Part shown: one piece after another, positions 35,286-37,987 of the stretch
Layout of the letters: each line of letters starts with the position of its first letter
Position numbering within the stretch: position 1 is the first letter of the stretch
Origin: Gemmatimonadota bacterium
GTDB taxonomy: Bacteria; Gemmatimonadota; Gemmatimonadetes; Longimicrobiales; RSA9
Length of the DNA: 37,987 nucleotides
Direction of reading: 5' to 3'
Assembly (NCBI GenBank): GCA_018224305.1
Contig: JAGTUV010000379.1
Span: forward strand, 1 to 37,987
Translations under genes and position numbers: made by a program
Notes under the pieces: generated by a model
The model's database searches: none
Seen by the model: only the letters and a program-made list of their open reading frames with translations
Told to the model about the DNA's origin: nothing

Positions 35286-36224
35286 TTATCGACTGCCCTG
35301 CAAGAGAGCCAGACTGTCGTAGCGCTCCAGGAACGCAGGCAGCCCGTGGAAATGGTCCACGTGATCGGGCGCTGTATTGCCGGCGAAACCGAGAATCTCG
35401 AACGACCCGGCCCGGACGACACTCAGCTGCTGCATCCCCACCGGCCCCCATTCGAGCACTGCCGTGCGCTCCAGAACGAGCGTATCGACGATGTGATCCG
35501 TCGTTTCCGTGGTACTCGCGAACGTGCCCGGGAATATCTCGGAGTGAGTGATCAGAAACCGTTTGCTGCCCTGCATGGAGAGTCTGGCGAAGCGCAGAAA
35601 CGGCTCGAGCAGGACAGCATCCAGTCGTCCGCCGTCGTGCAGCACCCGCCCGTCAGGAACGTAGCCGGTGTGCAGCCCGTCGAGCAGAATCACGCCCTCG
35701 ATGCGCGCCGTGGACGTGGAGTCACGCAGGATGGCGCGAATCGCTCCGTATCCAGCGCTGAACCCACTCAGCACTACAGCTCTGAACGTGTCCACCTGTG
35801 CTGTCCGCCTCGCTTCATCGATGATTCTCCCGAGGATCGACGGATCCGTGAAAGGCCTCTCGTATGCCGCCGATCCCGCACCAAGATGAACGTTTGCTGC
35901 TACATAGCTCGTCGCGCTTGCGGCCGTCGCGTGCTCGGCGGGGAACGCGGAGCCATGAAAGTGGATCAGCAGACGCGCGTCCATCCTGTCGGTGCCCTCA
36001 GGCACGAAGACGCGGATTGCGGCCGGCAGCAGTCCTTCGAGCGTATGGCGATCTCCGGCCGCGATGTCGTCCGCGAAGATGCGCACGTGTGTACGCGTGT
36101 GCTCCACCATGGGCGACGGGTTCTGCGCGACGGGCCGCGGCACAGGGGACGCGCAGGCCGAAATCAGCATCAGCACGAACGTTACGGGTTGCGCGACCGA
36201 TGAACGGAAGATCGAGTGCCCCAT
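35286..36224 (-). CDS. putative alpha/beta-hydrolase-fold lipoprotein (esterase-like)
   Basis: Lipobox MLISAC, LLIHFHGS, and nucleophile-elbow-like LSGFSAGYG. The C-terminal region is His-rich (APDHVDHFHG). The family is not firmly recognised. Confidence 0.55.
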   Translation of the reverse strand: MGHSIFRSSVAQPVTFVLMLISACASPVPRPVAQNPSPMVEHTRTHVRIFADDIAAGDRHTLEGLLPAAIRVFVPEGTDRMDARLLIHFHGSAFPAEHATAASATSYVAANVHLGAGSAAYERPFTDPSILGRIIDEARRTAQVDTFRAVVLSGFSAGYGAIRAILRDSTSTARIEGVILLDGLHTGYVPDGRVLHDGGRLDAVLLEPFLRFARLSMQGSKRFLITHSEIFPGTFASTTETTDHIVDTLVLERTAVLEWGPVGMQQLSVVRAGSFEILGFAGNTAPDHVDHFHGLPAFLERYDSLALLQGSR

Positions 36225-36236
36225 GGTTGACGGCCG

Positions 36237-37241
36237 CTACTGCATATATGTGTAACGGTATGTCCGGACTTCACTCTGCGAGACTTCGCTGCGCTCCCCG
36301 TCCGCAGTGAACACACCCGCCAGGCCCCTCCGTATGCGAACGCTGTGCGGCCTGAGCGTCGCAGGCTCGGTCACCAGCACGATCTCGTTGCCCATCTCGA
36401 AGCTCTCGAACACCAGACCCACGCCGGGCACCGCCGTAATCTGCTCCGTGAACTCCGCGAGTATCCGCTGTACGGCCGCGGGATCCGCACGTGCCTCGAC
36501 CCTGATCTCCACGCACTCACGGGCAACGACGCCCTCCGTGCAGGGCGTCCAGCCTTCGATGCTGAACTCGGATACCAGCGTGATTGCAGTGCCCGGCAGC
36601 ATGGGAAGGGCCGCTTCCTCCTCGAAGAAGTACTTCTCTCCGACCACGAGGTCGACTCCTGCCCAGCGACCGACGATCGTGTTCCACTCCTGCGCGGCCA
36701 GACCTCCGAGCGACTCCGCGGTGACCAGTGTTGCCATTGCCTCGCGCGCTTCCTCCGCCTCGCCGGGTTCGAGCATCGACGTCACGAGCGTATCGAGCCG
36801 CGCGCGGACCGATTCGACGTCCTCGACACGAACGAAGCTGCCGGCAGAATCGACCAGAACTCTTGGGACGATCGCCGCGGCTCGATCGGCGAGAGAGCCG
36901 ATCTGCGCATCATTCACGGTATCGCTTGCTGCGGGGAACTCGAATTCGTCATAGGTGATGATCAGACCCTCCGGATGCCGCTGCACGCGCATCCGGTAGT
37001 TTGCATCTCCCGTGACGGTATCGTTCACTCCGCTCGTGTACTGACGCCTGGTCGTCTCGACGTGTGCAGCAGTGCCCGCCGCCCAGCCGAACCGCAGTTG
37101 GACCGTGTCCGGTGAGGCGGACGAGTGCCGAGCGGCCAGCGGTACCCCCTGCGCGGCCAGCGGTACCCCCTGCGCGGCCAGCGTGCCCACGAATGCGACA
37201 CTCAGCAGCGCCACAGCCGTGAACGCATGCACCCGATTCAT
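36237..37241 (-). CDS. secreted hypothetical protein
   Basis: ATG 37241 is preceded by GGAGG-N8. The Sec-type signal is MNRVHAFTAVALLSVAFVGTLAAQG. There is an in-frame 7-aa duplication (AAQGVPL x2). I recognise no family. Confidence 0.65.
   Translation of the reverse strand: MNRVHAFTAVALLSVAFVGTLAAQGVPLAAQGVPLAARHSSASPDTVQLRFGWAAGTAAHVETTRRQYTSGVNDTVTGDANYRMRVQRHPEGLIITYDEFEFPAASDTVNDAQIGSLADRAAAIVPRVLVDSAGSFVRVEDVESVRARLDTLVTSMLEPGEAEEAREAMATLVTAESLGGLAAQEWNTIVGRWAGVDLVVGEKYFFEEEAALPMLPGTAITLVSEFSIEGWTPCTEGVVARECVEIRVEARADPAAVQRILAEFTEQITAVPGVGLVFESFEMGNEIVLVTEPATLRPHSVRIRRGLAGVFTADGERSEVSQSEVRTYRYTYMQ
37132..37183. repeat. 21-bp in-frame tandem repeat (2 copies plus a partial third) inside a CDS
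   Basis: gcggccagcggtaccccctgc occurs at 37132-37152 and 37153-37173, followed by gcggccagcgtg. It encodes AAQGVPL-AAQGVPL right at the predicted signal-peptide cleavage region. Confidence 0.9.
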
Positions 37242-37319
37242 TCGTGTCACCTCCGGAGTTCCGTGCCCTTTGCTCCACAACCCATGTACCGGACTCGCAG
37301 GTGCGGCGTGGTCCCGGTC

Positions 37320-37511
37320 CTAACCGATGCGGCCGTCGCCGTCCAGGTCATCGCCGAACCGCGTCTCGAGCACACGCAGCAGTTCCATCAGCGTTGCATT
37401 CGTCCGCTGCAGCTGGTTCTCCAGTATCTCCATCCGATTCTCGAGAGAGTCGGCCTTGCCATGCGCATCCGCAATCTGACCGTGCTGAATCAGGTCCCAG
37501 AACAATCCCAC
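37320..37511 (-). CDS. 63-aa hypothetical coiled-coil protein with C-terminal DxDGDG loop
   Basis: GTG start is preceded by GGGAGG-N6. A heptad-like helix (LENRMEILENQLQRTNATLMELLRVLE) is followed by the tail DDLDGDGRIG. The start overlaps the upstream EEP gene by 22 nt. Confidence 0.55.
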   Translation of the reverse strand: MGLFWDLIQHGQIADAHGKADSLENRMEILENQLQRTNATLMELLRVLETRFGDDLDGDGRIG

Positions 37512-37987
37512 CTCGTACCTCCCGATTCGGGGTTTCCGTAAGTCACCCCGGCGAACACCGGGCGGTGATCAGACGCTATTGTTTCGTCTACGACATGGAC
37601 GGAGTCGACGGTCCACGCATCCCGCGGCGCCACGAACACGAAGTCGATCTCCCTCACGGGATCGATGGACGGGAATGTGAAGCGGCCATCCGACGGTTTC
37701 ATGGCCTCCTGCGCGTGCTCCTGAAACAGAGCCAGCGTGCGCGACCCCGATTGATCATTGAGGTCGCCGAGGAGAATCCACGGGCCTGACACGCCCTCGA
37801 GATAATCCGCCACCTCTCTGGCCTGCGTGAACCGGAAATTATCGTCCCGAACCCAGTCGAAGTGAACGTTGATGACAGTCAATACAACACCATCCCTCAG
37901 CGCGAGTTCGACCGCCAGCGCGATACGCGGCTCGTTGCCTTCAGTCAGCCGCACAGGTGTCACAAAGCGCATGGCGCAGCGCGACAG
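37490..37987 (-). CDS. endonuclease/exonuclease/phosphatase (EEP) family protein, 5' end outside the window
   Basis: VINVHFDW, LLGDLND, IDFVF and ASDHRPVF motifs. The frame stays open to the window edge, and the N-terminal half of the domain is missing. Confidence 0.8.
   Translation of the reverse strand: MSRCAMRFVTPVRLTEGNEPRIALAVELALRDGVVLTVINVHFDWVRDDNFRFTQAREVADYLEGVSGPWILLGDLNDQSGSRTLALFQEHAQEAMKPSDGRFTFPSIDPVREIDFVFVAPRDAWTVDSVHVVDETIASDHRPVFAGVTYGNPESGGTRWDCSGT

Noticed and set aside
1-37987. A search for mobile elements, prophage genes, toxin-antitoxin pairs, known defence systems, RiPP or other biosynthetic clusters, and tRNA/rRNA/tmRNA.
   Set aside because: No integrase, transposase, recombinase, nuclease-helicase, reverse-transcriptase, restriction-modification or core biosynthetic motifs were recognised in any frame. 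No intergenic region shows a cloverleaf-like tRNA structure. I cannot exclude small ncRNAs without covariance-model searches.

Overview
This is a gene-dense, visibly GC-rich chromosomal segment from a diderm bacterium. The gene content fits a Gemmatimonadota/Acidobacteriota-like lineage: a permease-less TolC/MFP/ABC operon, a CBM9+DUF5916-type outer-membrane protein, a DUF4153-like membrane protein, and Ala/Arg-rich proteins. That lineage call is inference only. I support 35 protein-coding genes, and I re-set several starts from the ORF track using ATG/SD context and domain boundaries.

Recognisable housekeeping genes are ispG, lspA, bcp, thrB-thrC, a dipeptide epimerase, a DPP-IV-type S9 peptidase and a nitroreductase. 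Regulatory and transport modules are an NtrC-type sigma-54 activator with an intramembrane-type histidine kinase, a TolC/HlyD/ABC-ATPase operon, and a YtrA-GntR/ABC operon. The right-hand third encodes exported hydrolases: a GH9 enzyme, an M23 peptidase, two EEP-family proteins and an alpha/beta-hydrolase lipoprotein.

I saw no rRNA, tRNA, CRISPR array, transposase, integrase or phage genes, and no known defence-system protein. Non-coding structure consists of several GC-rich tandem repeats in unusually long intergenic spacers, a G-quadruplex-type G-run tract between the regulator and kinase cistrons, two strong terminator-like hairpins, and a perfect inverted repeat at the GntR promoter.

Three loci are the best candidates for something undescribed, all by inference:
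- The five-gene, overlap-coupled GntR/ABC operon ends in two paralogous doubly membrane-anchored proteins of no family I recognise (22.4-26.6 kb).
- The efflux operon has a 90-aa TM/leucine-zipper protein where the permease gene should be (4.2-8.4 kb).
- A five-gene exported-hydrolase cluster is bracketed by two EEP paralogs and contains a 63-aa coiled-coil protein (34.4-38.0 kb).

None of these can be proven novel without database and structure searches.
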